A stretch of DNA of 64,000 bases, taken from assembly GCF_009914755.1 (NCBI RefSeq), contig NC_060946.1. The stretch is one strand, 5' to 3'. The DNA is from the human T2T-CHM13v2.0 reference genome, Homo sapiens. The position numbers were made by a program, and so were the translations under genes. The notes beneath the pieces were generated by a model. The model saw only the letters and a list, made by a program, of their open reading frames with translations, was not told the origin of the DNA and ran no database searches. Shown in pieces: positions 1-8,569 of the stretch; positions within the stretch are counted from its first letter, which is position 1; each line of letters opens with the position of its first letter.

Positions 1-39
1 AAATTCTTTTAGTCAGACTGAGAATGGCAAAGCCTCAAT

Positions 40-480
40 CCCAATTTCCAGGGAGGGTTGACAGCCTCAGGTGGAGTTGATCACCAATAGCCTATGGTTT
101 AACCCATCATGCCTATAGAATGAGGTCTCCATAAAAACCCAAAAGGACTGGGTTCAGGGAGCTTCTGGATAACACTTCCTGGAAGGTAGTGCGCCCCTCC
201 CCACATGCCGGGCCCCACATTTATTTCTGAGCTTTTTGCAATGTCCGCTAAAATACAACGGCAAATGTGAGTGTTTCCCTGAGTGCTGTGAGCTCTTCCA
301 GCAAATGAATGCAACTAAATCTGGGAGTGGTGGCAACCTGATTTATAGCAAGTTGCTGAGAAGCACAGGTGAAACAACGTAGGGCTTCCCATTGTTATTA
401 GTGTGGGAGGCCTGTCTGGCGGGACTCGGCCCTTTGGAATCTAATGCTATGTCCCGGTAGATAGCGTCACCATTGAATTA
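40..480 (+). mobile_element. LTR fragment, MER21-like (present in every unit)
   Basis: catcatgcctatagaatgaggtctccataaaaacccaaaaggactgggttcagggagcttctgg resembles the recalled MER21 consensus; boundaries approximate. Confidence 0.6.
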
Positions 481-664
481 GAAGACACACATATGTTGAG
501 AATAATCTTTCTGGTCATTTGCCGCATGTCCTATTTACAATATGTAATCAAATTCTTTATCCTGACCTTATGGCACCTGGGTTGAGAACCATGATTTGAA
601 CCAAACATTGGTCTGTCACTTTCGGAGTTGGAAACTTTATTTTGCCTTTAGCGTTTTGCTATTG

Positions 665-962
665 CTTTTTCGTTTTCTTTTGTTTCGTTTCGTTTCTAAG
701 TGCTGGGGTATACGTGCAGGATGGGCAGATTTGTTACTAAGGTAAACGTGTGCCATGGTGGTTTGCTGCACCTGTCAACCCATCACCTAGGTATTAAGCC
801 CAGCATGCAGGAGCTGTTTTTCTTAACGCTCTGCCTCCCGAAAGGCCCCAGTGTGTGTTGTTCCCCTTCCTGTGTCCATGTGATCTCATTTTTCAGCTCC
901 CATTATAAGTGAGAATGTGGCGTTTGGTTTTCTTTCCCTGGATTAGTTTGCTGAGGATAATG
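665..962 (-). mobile_element. L1PA 3'-end fragment with degenerate tail (present in every unit)
   Basis: T-rich tail followed by ggggtatacgtgcagg...ggtaaacgtgtgccatggtggtttgctgcacc...cctaggtattaagccc...tttgctgaggataatg. Confidence 0.85.
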
Positions 963-1349
963 ACCACACATCACCACTGATTTGTTTTTTAGTATAAAGA
1001 GTAGTATTTTATTGAATAAGATTTGCTCACAGAAAAATAAGCTTAAATCTACAATGAATGCCAGACTCTACAGCAGAAAGCAATTTTCTCACTTTTCCAC
1101 ACACAATGGTTCCTACTAAGTGAAAAAAGCCATAAAATTTCATTCACAAATGTACTACTCTGTCTCAAAACATCTCACATAATCATGCACTGTACTAAAG
1201 CCATTAGATCAGTTCTTCAGTCAGGTTAAAGAAGTATCCCTCTAATAACTGACTTTTGTAATGCTATCAGTAGGCACTCCCAATCAGTCTGCCATTGTTA
1301 ATGGTGTACAGCATTACTGCATACACTGGAATTGATGACACCCATATCC

Positions 1350-1460
1350 ACGGACAAACCGAGACTTATGATGGTTTGATTCATGATTTTTCAACGTTAT
1401 GATGGGTTTATTGGAATATTAGATGCGTTTCTGAGTTACACTGGGTTTATGAGTATGCGA
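1350..1460. mobile_element. Tigger/MER8-like DNA transposon fragment (present in every unit)
   Basis: gacttatgatggtttgattcatgatttttcaacgttatgatgggtttattgg resembles Tigger3/MER8 terminal sequence. Confidence 0.4.
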
Positions 1461-1704
1461 CCCTATACTCCAGAAACAGCTGTATAAGGAAAAACAGGTG
1501 TACCTAATAAAAATATGCTTAGTGACTTGGGATAAACCAATAGATGTTCACAACTGATGGAGAGCCGTGAAAGAGAGATAGCGGTAAATAGTTACAATAA
1601 CACAAGTTTCCTGCACCTGTCGAGGATTTCCCCAAAAAAACGCAGAATGTGGGATGCACCTAAGGCATATGAAAGAGAGAGGGCAGAAGGAGTAAGAGAG
1701 AAAT

Positions 1705-1806
1705 AGGAGGAAGGAAGGAAGGAAGGAAAGAAGGAAGGTAGGAAGGAAGGAAGGAAGGAAAGAAGGAAGGAAGGAAGGAAGCAAAGAAGGACGAACGGAA
1801 GGAGGA
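1705..1806 (+). repeat. (GGAA)n purine microsatellite (present in every unit)
   Basis: Directly visible interrupted GGAA run. Confidence 0.95.
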
Positions 1807-1867
1807 AACACCCGGTGTTACTAAAACCCCCCAAAAATATGGTTTCCCCCTGTGGGTAAGCCTACAG

Positions 1868-2195
1868 TGTGGATGAATCTTGAAAATATTGTGCTACGTG
1901 TTATGTCAGTCATAACAGCTCACCTATTGTGCAATTCCGTTTATAGGAAATGTCCACAATATGGAAATCTATGCATATGGGGTTGATCGCACTAGGTAGT
2001 TGCTACCTAGGGCTGAGGGTCAGGGAGAGGGTTTGAGACAGAATGAGGAGTGACTAATGTCTACAGGGTTTTTCTCTGGTCGGGGGTGATAAGACGTTCT
2101 ACAATGGATTGCGAATTAAAATTGAATGTGCACAACCACAGGTATACTAAAAGCCACTCAATTCATGACTTTTAATGGGGGAATCTTATGTGGCG
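1868..2195 (+). mobile_element. Old L1M (L1MB-like) 3' UTR fragment (present in every unit; truncated in the last)
   Basis: tggatgaatcttgaaaatattgtgct...attccgtttataggaaatgtcca...tgcacaac...tatactaaaagccact motifs. Confidence 0.7.
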
Positions 2196-2402
2196 CACTC
2201 TTAGGGAGACCACGGCAGACATAGTGAGAGAGAAAAAGGCGAGTATATATCTGAAACGGAGGCAGAAACAGAGAGAATGAAAAGCCCTGTGAATGGAAGG
2301 GAGAGCGAAAAGGGAAAATGGTCCTATTTACAAATGACAGATGTGAAACTGGGGTTCACATCAACAGTGTCACTGCCAGGAAGGAGGGTGATGCTAGCCA
2401 TG

Positions 2403-5240
2403 TCACCGGTAGTGTGTCCCGCAGGGACGCCGTCCTGCTGGAGCGTCATGCCAGCATGGGCTCTGGCAGCCACGTGGGCCAGCAGGAGGGTCCCGCTGCA
2501 CAGCTGTGGGGTGAGGATAGACTGGGTGGTGATATCGGCCATGACAGGGGCCTCTTCTGCTGGCAAGAGTGTGACAGTAGCAAGTAGATGGACAGGCCTG
2601 CGTGTGAGGACGGAATGCAGGAGCGGCTCTTGTGTGGCTGGGTGTGGGGCCATCACAGGAACCGTGGAGTAATGGCCAGGTAACTGCGTCATGTGGGCTA
2701 GAAGATTGGCCAGGGCTTCGAACAGAAGGACAATGACGGGGAGTAGCTGTCAGGCCCTGGGAGTGTCTGAGTGTAAGTGGAGATGGGTTTGGGGTCACTG
2801 AGGGATGCGTGGGAGCCATCCCTGTATAGGTACAGGTCATAGGGAGATAGTCTCGTGTGGCCTGTGAGTGTCTAGGGTTGTCCTGGGTGCCTGGGGCTGA
2901 CTGTGGCAGAAATCTGGGGAAGGCTGGAGAGAAGCTGGGAGACCCAGGAGAGTCCCTGAAGGCAGGGGGTGAAGAGGTGCAAGAAATGGGGGAGGGTTGC
3001 AGTAAGGTCCGTGAGTTTGTAGGTGATTCCTGGGTGCGGGAAGCTGACTCCAGGTGAAATCTGGAGATGGTTGGAGAGCAGCTGAGAGAGACAGAAGAGT
3101 CTCTGAGGGCTGGGGATGAGAACATGAGGGAGACTGGGGAGTAAGTCAGTGAAATTCGTGAGTTCGGTGGTGTATCGTGGGTGCCTGGAACTGACTCCAG
3201 CTGGAATCTAGAGAAGTTTTGAGAGTAGCTGCAAGAGACACAAGAGTCCCTGTGGGATGAGGGCAAAGACCTGAGAGAGACCAGGGAGGACGTCAGTGAA
3301 GTCTGTGAGTCCGTAGGTGATTCTGGAGTGTGGGAGGCTGACTCTCGCTGAAATCTGGGCGTGGTGGGGGAGTAGCTGGGACAGACAGGAGAGTCCCAGG
3401 GGTCTGGGGGTGAAGACATGAGAGAGACTGGGGAGTAACTCAGTGAAACTGCTGAGTTTGTAGGTGATACCTGGGTGCCTGGAACTGACTCACGCTGAAA
3501 TCTGGGCATGGTTGGAGAGTAGCTGGGACACACAGGAGAGTCCCTGAGGGCTGGGGGTGAAGACGTGAGAGAGACTGGAGAGTAATTGAGTGAAATTGGT
3601 GAGTTTGGTGGTGATTCCTGGGTGCCTGGAACTGACTCCCGCTGAAGTGTGGGCGTGGTTGGAGAGTAGCTGGGACACACAGGAGAGTCCCTGAGGGTTG
3701 GAGATAAAGACGTGCTAGAGACTGAGGAGTAACTGAGTGAAATTGGTGAGTTTGGTGGTGATTCCGGGGTGCCTGGAACTGACTCCAGCTGCAATGTGGG
3801 CGTGGTTGGAGAGTAGCTGGGACAGACGGGAGAGTCCCTGAGTGATGGTGAAGACATGAGAGAGACTGGGGAGTAACGTAGTGAAATTGGTGAGTTTGGT
3901 GGTGATTTCTGGGTGCCCGCAATGGACTCCCGCTGAAGTGTGGGCGTGTTTGGAGAGTAGCTGGGACAGACAGGCGAGTCCCTGAGGGTTGGAGATAAAG
4001 ACGTGCTAGAGACTGGGGAGTAACTCAGTGAAAGTGGTGGGCTTGGCGGTGATCCCTGGGTTCCTGGAACTGACCCGCGCTGAAATGTGGGCGTGGTTGG
4101 AGAGTAGCTGGGACAGACTGGAGGGTCCGTAAGGGCTGGGGGTGAAGACGTGAGAGAGACTGCCCAGGATCTCACTGAGGTCTGTGAGTTTGTAGGTGTT
4201 TCTGGGGTGTGGGGTACAGACTGCCGCGGAAATCTGGGCGTGGTTGGAGAGTAGCTGGGACAGACAGGAGAGTCATGGGTGGCTGGGGGTGAGCTGCTGG
4301 ATGATGGCAGTAAGAACATATGGTATATTATTGATGAATGAGGTGACTGTGAAGAATCTCCAGAGGAGGACACGGGAGAACACAATGACATGAGTGACTG
4401 TCCTGCTTGGTTAGGAAAGGGAAACGTAAAGCTGTGGAATTCTGTTGATGATGGATGTGAGAGTGGTGAAGCCCTGCGGGATGATGTAGAGTACTTCCAC
4501 ATCCCTGGTGAGGAGCTGCCCGTTGGGTCTGAGTTTCTGGGAGGGGAGAGGGAGAAGCTGGGTGAGGCAGGCATGAATCTTGAGGAGTCAGGGCTGGGGG
4601 ACCGCTCATATTCTCCCGAGACCTGTGAGTCTCTGGGGGACTCCTGGGTGCATGGGGCTGACTCCCGCAGGAACCTGGGGATGGCTGGAGAGTAACTGGG
4701 AGCCACAGGAGAGTCCCTGAGGCCTGGGGGTGAAGAGACGAAAGACACAGGGGTGGAGCACCGTGAGGCCCGTGAGTTTGTAGGTGATTCCTGGGTGTGG
4801 GGGGCTGACTCCAGCTGAAATCTGGGGTTGTTTGGAGAGTAGCTGGGAGACACAGGAGACCCCCCGAGAGCTGGGGGTGAGCTGCTGGGTGATGGCAGTA
4901 AGAACATGTGGTATATTATTGATGAACGTGGGGACTCTGAGGAATCCTCAGAGGAGGACACGGGAGAGCCCGATGGCTTCATTGATTGCCCATCACGGTG
5001 AGGACAGGGAAATGCGAGCTTGTGGGATTCTGGTGATGACAGAGGTGAGTGTGGTGAAGCCCTAGGGGATGGTGAATGGCAGCTCCGGATCCCTGGTGAG
5101 GAGCTTCCCCTTAAGCCTGAGCTTCTGAGAGGGGAGAGGGAGAAGCTGGGTGAGGCTCGCATGGACCTTGGGGAGTCCGGGCTGGGGGACCGTTCATAAG
5201 AAGAGCCAGACAAGACCCTACTGTTCTTAGGTGCAGACAT
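2403..5240 (-). CDS. Candidate 945-aa Ser/Pro/Thr-rich disordered protein with 49-aa (147-bp) repeats containing YSPTTP motifs, copy 1
   Basis: 2838-bp stop-free frame; ATG with A at -3 (ctaATCATGt); repeat spacing is 147 bp with a single 144-bp (one-codon) variant; core promoter upstream. Translation is not demonstrated. Confidence 0.7.
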   Translation of the reverse strand: MSAPKNSRVLSGSSYERSPSPDSPRSMRASPSFSLSPLRSSGLRGSSSPGIRSCHSPSPRASPHSPLSSPESHKLAFPCPHRDGQSMKPSGSPVSSSEDSSESPRSSIIYHMFLLPSPSSSPPALGGSPVSPSYSPNNPRFQLESAPHTQESPTNSRASRCSTPVSFVSSPPGLRDSPVAPSYSPAIPRFLRESAPCTQESPRDSQVSGEYERSPSPDSSRFMPASPSFSLSPPRNSDPTGSSSPGMWKYSTSSRRASPLSHPSSTEFHSFTFPFPNQAGQSLMSLCSPVSSSGDSSQSPHSSIIYHMFLLPSSSSSPPATHDSPVCPSYSPTTPRFPRQSVPHTPETPTNSQTSVRSWAVSLTSSPPALTDPPVCPSYSPTTPTFQRGSVPGTQGSPPSPPLSLSYSPVSSTSLSPTLRDSPVCPSYSPNTPTLQRESIAGTQKSPPNSPISLRYSPVSLMSSPSLRDSPVCPSYSPTTPTLQLESVPGTPESPPNSPISLSYSSVSSTSLSPTLRDSPVCPSYSPTTPTLQRESVPGTQESPPNSPISLNYSPVSLTSSPPALRDSPVCPSYSPTMPRFQRESVPGTQVSPTNSAVSLSYSPVSLMSSPPDPWDSPVCPSYSPTTPRFQRESASHTPESPTDSQTSLTSSLVSLRSLPSSHRDSCVSCSYSQNFSRFQLESVPGTHDTPPNSRISLTYSPVSLMFSSPALRDSSVSLSCSPTISRFHLESASRTQESPTNSRTLLQPSPISCTSSPPAFRDSPGSPSFSPAFPRFLPQSAPGTQDNPRHSQATRDYLPMTCTYTGMAPTHPSVTPNPSPLTLRHSQGLTATPRHCPSVRSPGQSSSPHDAVTWPLLHGSCDGPTPSHTRAAPAFRPHTQACPSTCYCHTLASRRGPCHGRYHHPVYPHPTAVQRDPPAGPRGCQSPCWHDAPAGRRPCGTHYR
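2860..4900. repeat. 147-bp periodic satellite block (ACRO1-like); also at ~9027-11067 and ~15190-17230
   Basis: The anchor agctggg(a) or a variant occurs at 2933, 3080, 3227, 3374, 3521, 3668, 3815, 3959, 4106, 4253, 4694 and 4841: spacing 147, once 144, once 3x147. The 147-bp unit and ANKRD20A/SNX18P context match recalled ACRO1. Confidence 0.85.
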
Positions 5241-5301
5241 GATTAGGAAACCTGCAGCTCCCAGGGGCCCCTACTAATTTTCTAACTCGCAGAAGGAAGG
5301 A

Positions 5302-5419
5302 GTGTGTGTGCGTGGGTGTGAGTGTGTGCGTGTGTGTGCGTGTGTGTGTCTGTGTGTGTGCGGTGTGAGGTATGTGCCCCTTAAGAAAATGGAAATCAAC
5401 CAACCAATGAGACAGACAC

Positions 5420-5452
<33 letters not shown>
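5302..5452. repeat. (TG)n and (CAGA)n microsatellites in the predicted 5' UTR/intron
   Basis: Directly visible; unit 2 has one fewer CAGA, which gives the 6163-bp period. Confidence 0.95.
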
Positions 5453-5573
5453 GATTCACTTGCCCAAGTGTTCTGTCCTGTCCTCTGAATCCGCTTCCAA
5501 GTCGCAAGACGCCGTGAGCTCCAAGTCCACGCACAGTCCGCCAAACGCTCCGGCCGCTGATCCGCTCCGCGAA

Positions 5574-5670
5574 GATCTGAGTACAGGCCAGCCAGGGTGG
5601 GTTTAAATACCCTCGGGCGCAGCCTAGCAGCGGAAAGGGCGGAGCTTCACCCCTCCTTTCCGTCAGTCAC
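5574..5670 (-). promoter_or_regulatory. Core promoter of the 945-aa ORF, copy 1: TATTTAAA, Inr, GC box, CRE half-site
   Basis: Minus-strand TATTTAAA at 5609-5602 starts 31 nt upstream of Inr TCA(+1)GATC (A at 5578; matches YYANWYY). GGGCGGAG at 5637-5644; TGACG half-site near 5661-5665; CpG-dense 5490-5700. Confidence 0.7.
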
Positions 5671-6106
5671 CCCCAACTTTCCCAGGCTACACCTCGTAGG
5701 AAACTGTTCTCCTGCTTTGATTTCATGCGCCACCTTTGGGACAATCTAAGAACTTCCAAGTTTTCTTGGCCAGATATATTAGGAATTGTATGCACTGAAA
5801 CACTGAAAAGCAACTAGTGGTTCTGTGGTTCCCACGTTGTGGTTTTGACACCAGCAGCATCCTTGCCACAATCAAACCCCGGAGATCCACAGATCTGTGT
5901 TGTAACAAGACCTCCCCCTGACCCTGATGCATGGCAGTTTAAGAAGTCTTTCCGTGTAAGCGAAAAGACTTTGAAGAAAGGGTGGAGATATGCGTTGTAT
6001 AAACATTCTTTTGCTCCGGAACCACGTGGAGTCTTGGGAGCCAGTTGGGTGGAGCATTCGTTGGATGAGGGTGCTCGGGTTCGGAATATCAAGGTGTGGT
6101 TCCAGA

Positions 6107-6117
6107 TAATCCAATCA
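6107..6117 (+). promoter_or_regulatory. DUX4-type double-homeodomain motif TAATCCAATCA (also 12270-12280 and 18437-18447)
   Basis: Exact match to TAAYYYAATCA, ~530 bp upstream of the predicted TSS. Confidence 0.55.
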
Positions 6118-8569
6118 TCTAATTAAGATTCCAGTTGTGCTCATCTGTTTTAAAATTCCGTTTGGGTAAATTCTTTTAGTCAGACTGAGAATGGCAAAGC
6201 CTCAATCCCAATTTCCAGGGAGGGTTGACAGCCTCAGGTGGAGTTGATCACCAATAGCCTATGGTTTAACCCATCATGCCTATAGAATGAGGTCTCCATA
6301 AAAACCCAAAAGGACTGGGTTCAGGGAGCTTCTGGATAACACTTCCTGGAAGGTAGTGCGCCCCTCCCCACATGCCGGGCCCCACATTTATTTCTGAGCT
6401 TTTTGCAATGTCCGCTAAAATACAACGGCAAATGTGAGTGTTTCCCTGAGTGCTGTGAGCTCTTCCAGCAAATGAATGCAACTAAATCTGGGAGTGGTGG
6501 CAACCTGATTTATAGCAAGTTGCTGAGAAGCACAGGTGAAACAACGTAGGGCTTCCCATTGTTATTAGTGTGGGAGGCCTGTCTGGCGGGACTCGGCCCT
6601 TTGGAATCTAATGCTATGTCCCGGTAGATAGCGTCACCATTGAATTAGAAGACACACATATGTTGAGAATAATCTTTCTGGTCATTTGCCGCATGTCCTA
6701 TTTACAATATGTAATCAAATTCTTTATCCTGACCTTATGGCACCTGGGTTGAGAACCATGATTTGAACCAAACATTGGTCTGTCACTTTCGGAGTTGGAA
6801 ACTTTATTTTGCCTTTAGCGTTTTGCTATTGCTTTTTCGTTTTCTTTTGTTTCGTTTCGTTTCTAAGTGCTGGGGTATACGTGCAGGATGGGCAGATTTG
6901 TTACTAAGGTAAACGTGTGCCATGGTGGTTTGCTGCACCTGTCAACCCATCACCTAGGTATTAAGCCCAGCATGCAGGAGCTGTTTTTCTTAACGCTCTG
7001 CCTCCCGAAAGGCCCCAGTGTGTGTTGTTCCCCTTCCTGTGTCCATGTGATCTCATTTTTCAGCTCCCATTATAAGTGAGAATGTGGCGTTTGGTTTTCT
7101 TTCCCTGGATTAGTTTGCTGAGGATAATGACCACACATCACCACTGATTTGTTTTTTAGTATAAAGAGTAGTATTTTATTGAATAAGATTTGCTCACAGA
7201 AAAATAAGCTTAAATCTACAATGAATGCCAGACTCTACAGCAGAAAGCAATTTTCTCACTTTTCCACACACAATGGTTCCTACTAAGTGAAAAAAGCCAT
7301 AAAATTTCATTCACAAATGTACTACTCTGTCTCAAAACATCTCACATAATCATGCACTGTACTAAAGCCATTAGATCAGTTCTTCAGTCAGGTTAAAGAA
7401 GTATCCCTCTAATAACTGACTTTTATAATGCTATCAGTAGGCACTCCCAATCAGTCTGCCATTGTTAATGGTGTACAGCATTACTGCATACACTGGAATT
7501 GATGACACCCATATCCACGGACAAACCGAGACTTATGATGGTTTGATTCATGATTTTTCAACGTTATGATGGGTTTATTGGAATATTAGATGCGTTTCTG
7601 AGTTACACTGGGTTTATGAGTATGCGACCCTATACTCCAGAAACAGCTGTATAAGGAAAAACAGGTGTACCTAATAAAAATATGCTTAGTGACTTGGGAT
7701 AAACCAATAGATGTTCACAACTGATGGAGAGCCGTGAAAGAGAGATAGCGGTAAATAGTTACAATAACACAAGTTTCCTGCACCTGTCGAGGATTTCCCC
7801 AAAAAAACGCAGAATGTGGGATGCACCTAAGGCATATGAAAGAGAGAGGGCAGAAGGAGTAAGAGAGAAATAGGAGGAAGGAAGGAAGGAAGGAAAGAAG
7901 GAAGGTAGGAAGGAAGGAAGGAAGGAAAGAAGGAAGGAAGGAAGGAAGCAAAGAAGGACGAACGGAAGGAGGAAACACCCGGTGTTACTAAAACCCCCAA
8001 AAAATATGGTTTCCCCCTGTGGGTAAGCCTACAGTGTGGATGAATCTTGAAAATATTGTGCTACGTGTTATGTCAGTCATAACAGTTCACCTATTGTGCA
8101 ATTCCGTTTATAGGAAATGTCCACAATATGGAAATCTATGCATATGGGGTTGATCGCACTAGGTAGTTGCTACCTAGGGCTGAGGGTCAGGGAGAGGGTT
8201 TGAGACAGAATGAGGAGTGACTAATGTCTACAGGGTTTTTCTCTGGTCGGGGGTGATAAGACGTTCTACAATGGATTGCGAATTAAAATTGAATGTGCAC
8301 AACCACAGGTATACTAAAAGCCACTCAATTCATGACTTTTAATGGGGGAATCTTATGTGGCGCACTCTTAGGGAGACCACGGCAGACATAGTGAGAGAGA
8401 AAAAGGCGAGTATATATCTGAAACGGAGGCAGAAACAGAGAGAATGAAAAGCCCTGTGAATGGAAGGGAGAGCGAAAAGGGAAAATGGTCCTATTTACAA
8501 ATGACAGATGTGAAACTGGGGTTCACATCAACAGTGTCACTGCCAGGAAGGAGGGTGATGCTAGCCATG

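Noticed and set aside
1548-1834. LPSF-repeat ORFs
   Set aside because: Translation of the (TTCC)n microsatellite.
2860-4900. 147-bp period as a nucleosome-positioning repeat or CRISPR-like array
   Set aside because: There is no repeat-spacer structure. 147 = 49 codons with an in-frame 144 variant fits coding constraint, and a 147-bp period leaves no linker DNA.
2277-5065. Short plus-strand and alternate-frame ORFs overlapping the long ORF
   Set aside because: Shadows of the repetitive GC-rich ORF with no independent signals; many start at non-ATG codons.
2403-5240. Calling the 945-aa ORF POLR2A/RPB1, a mucin or an extensin
   Set aside because: The resemblance is compositional only: no polymerase domains, heptads are not tandem, and there is no signal peptide.
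5227-5544. SVCL/HT-repeat ORFs
   Set aside because: Microsatellite translations with non-ATG starts; the frame changes in unit 2.
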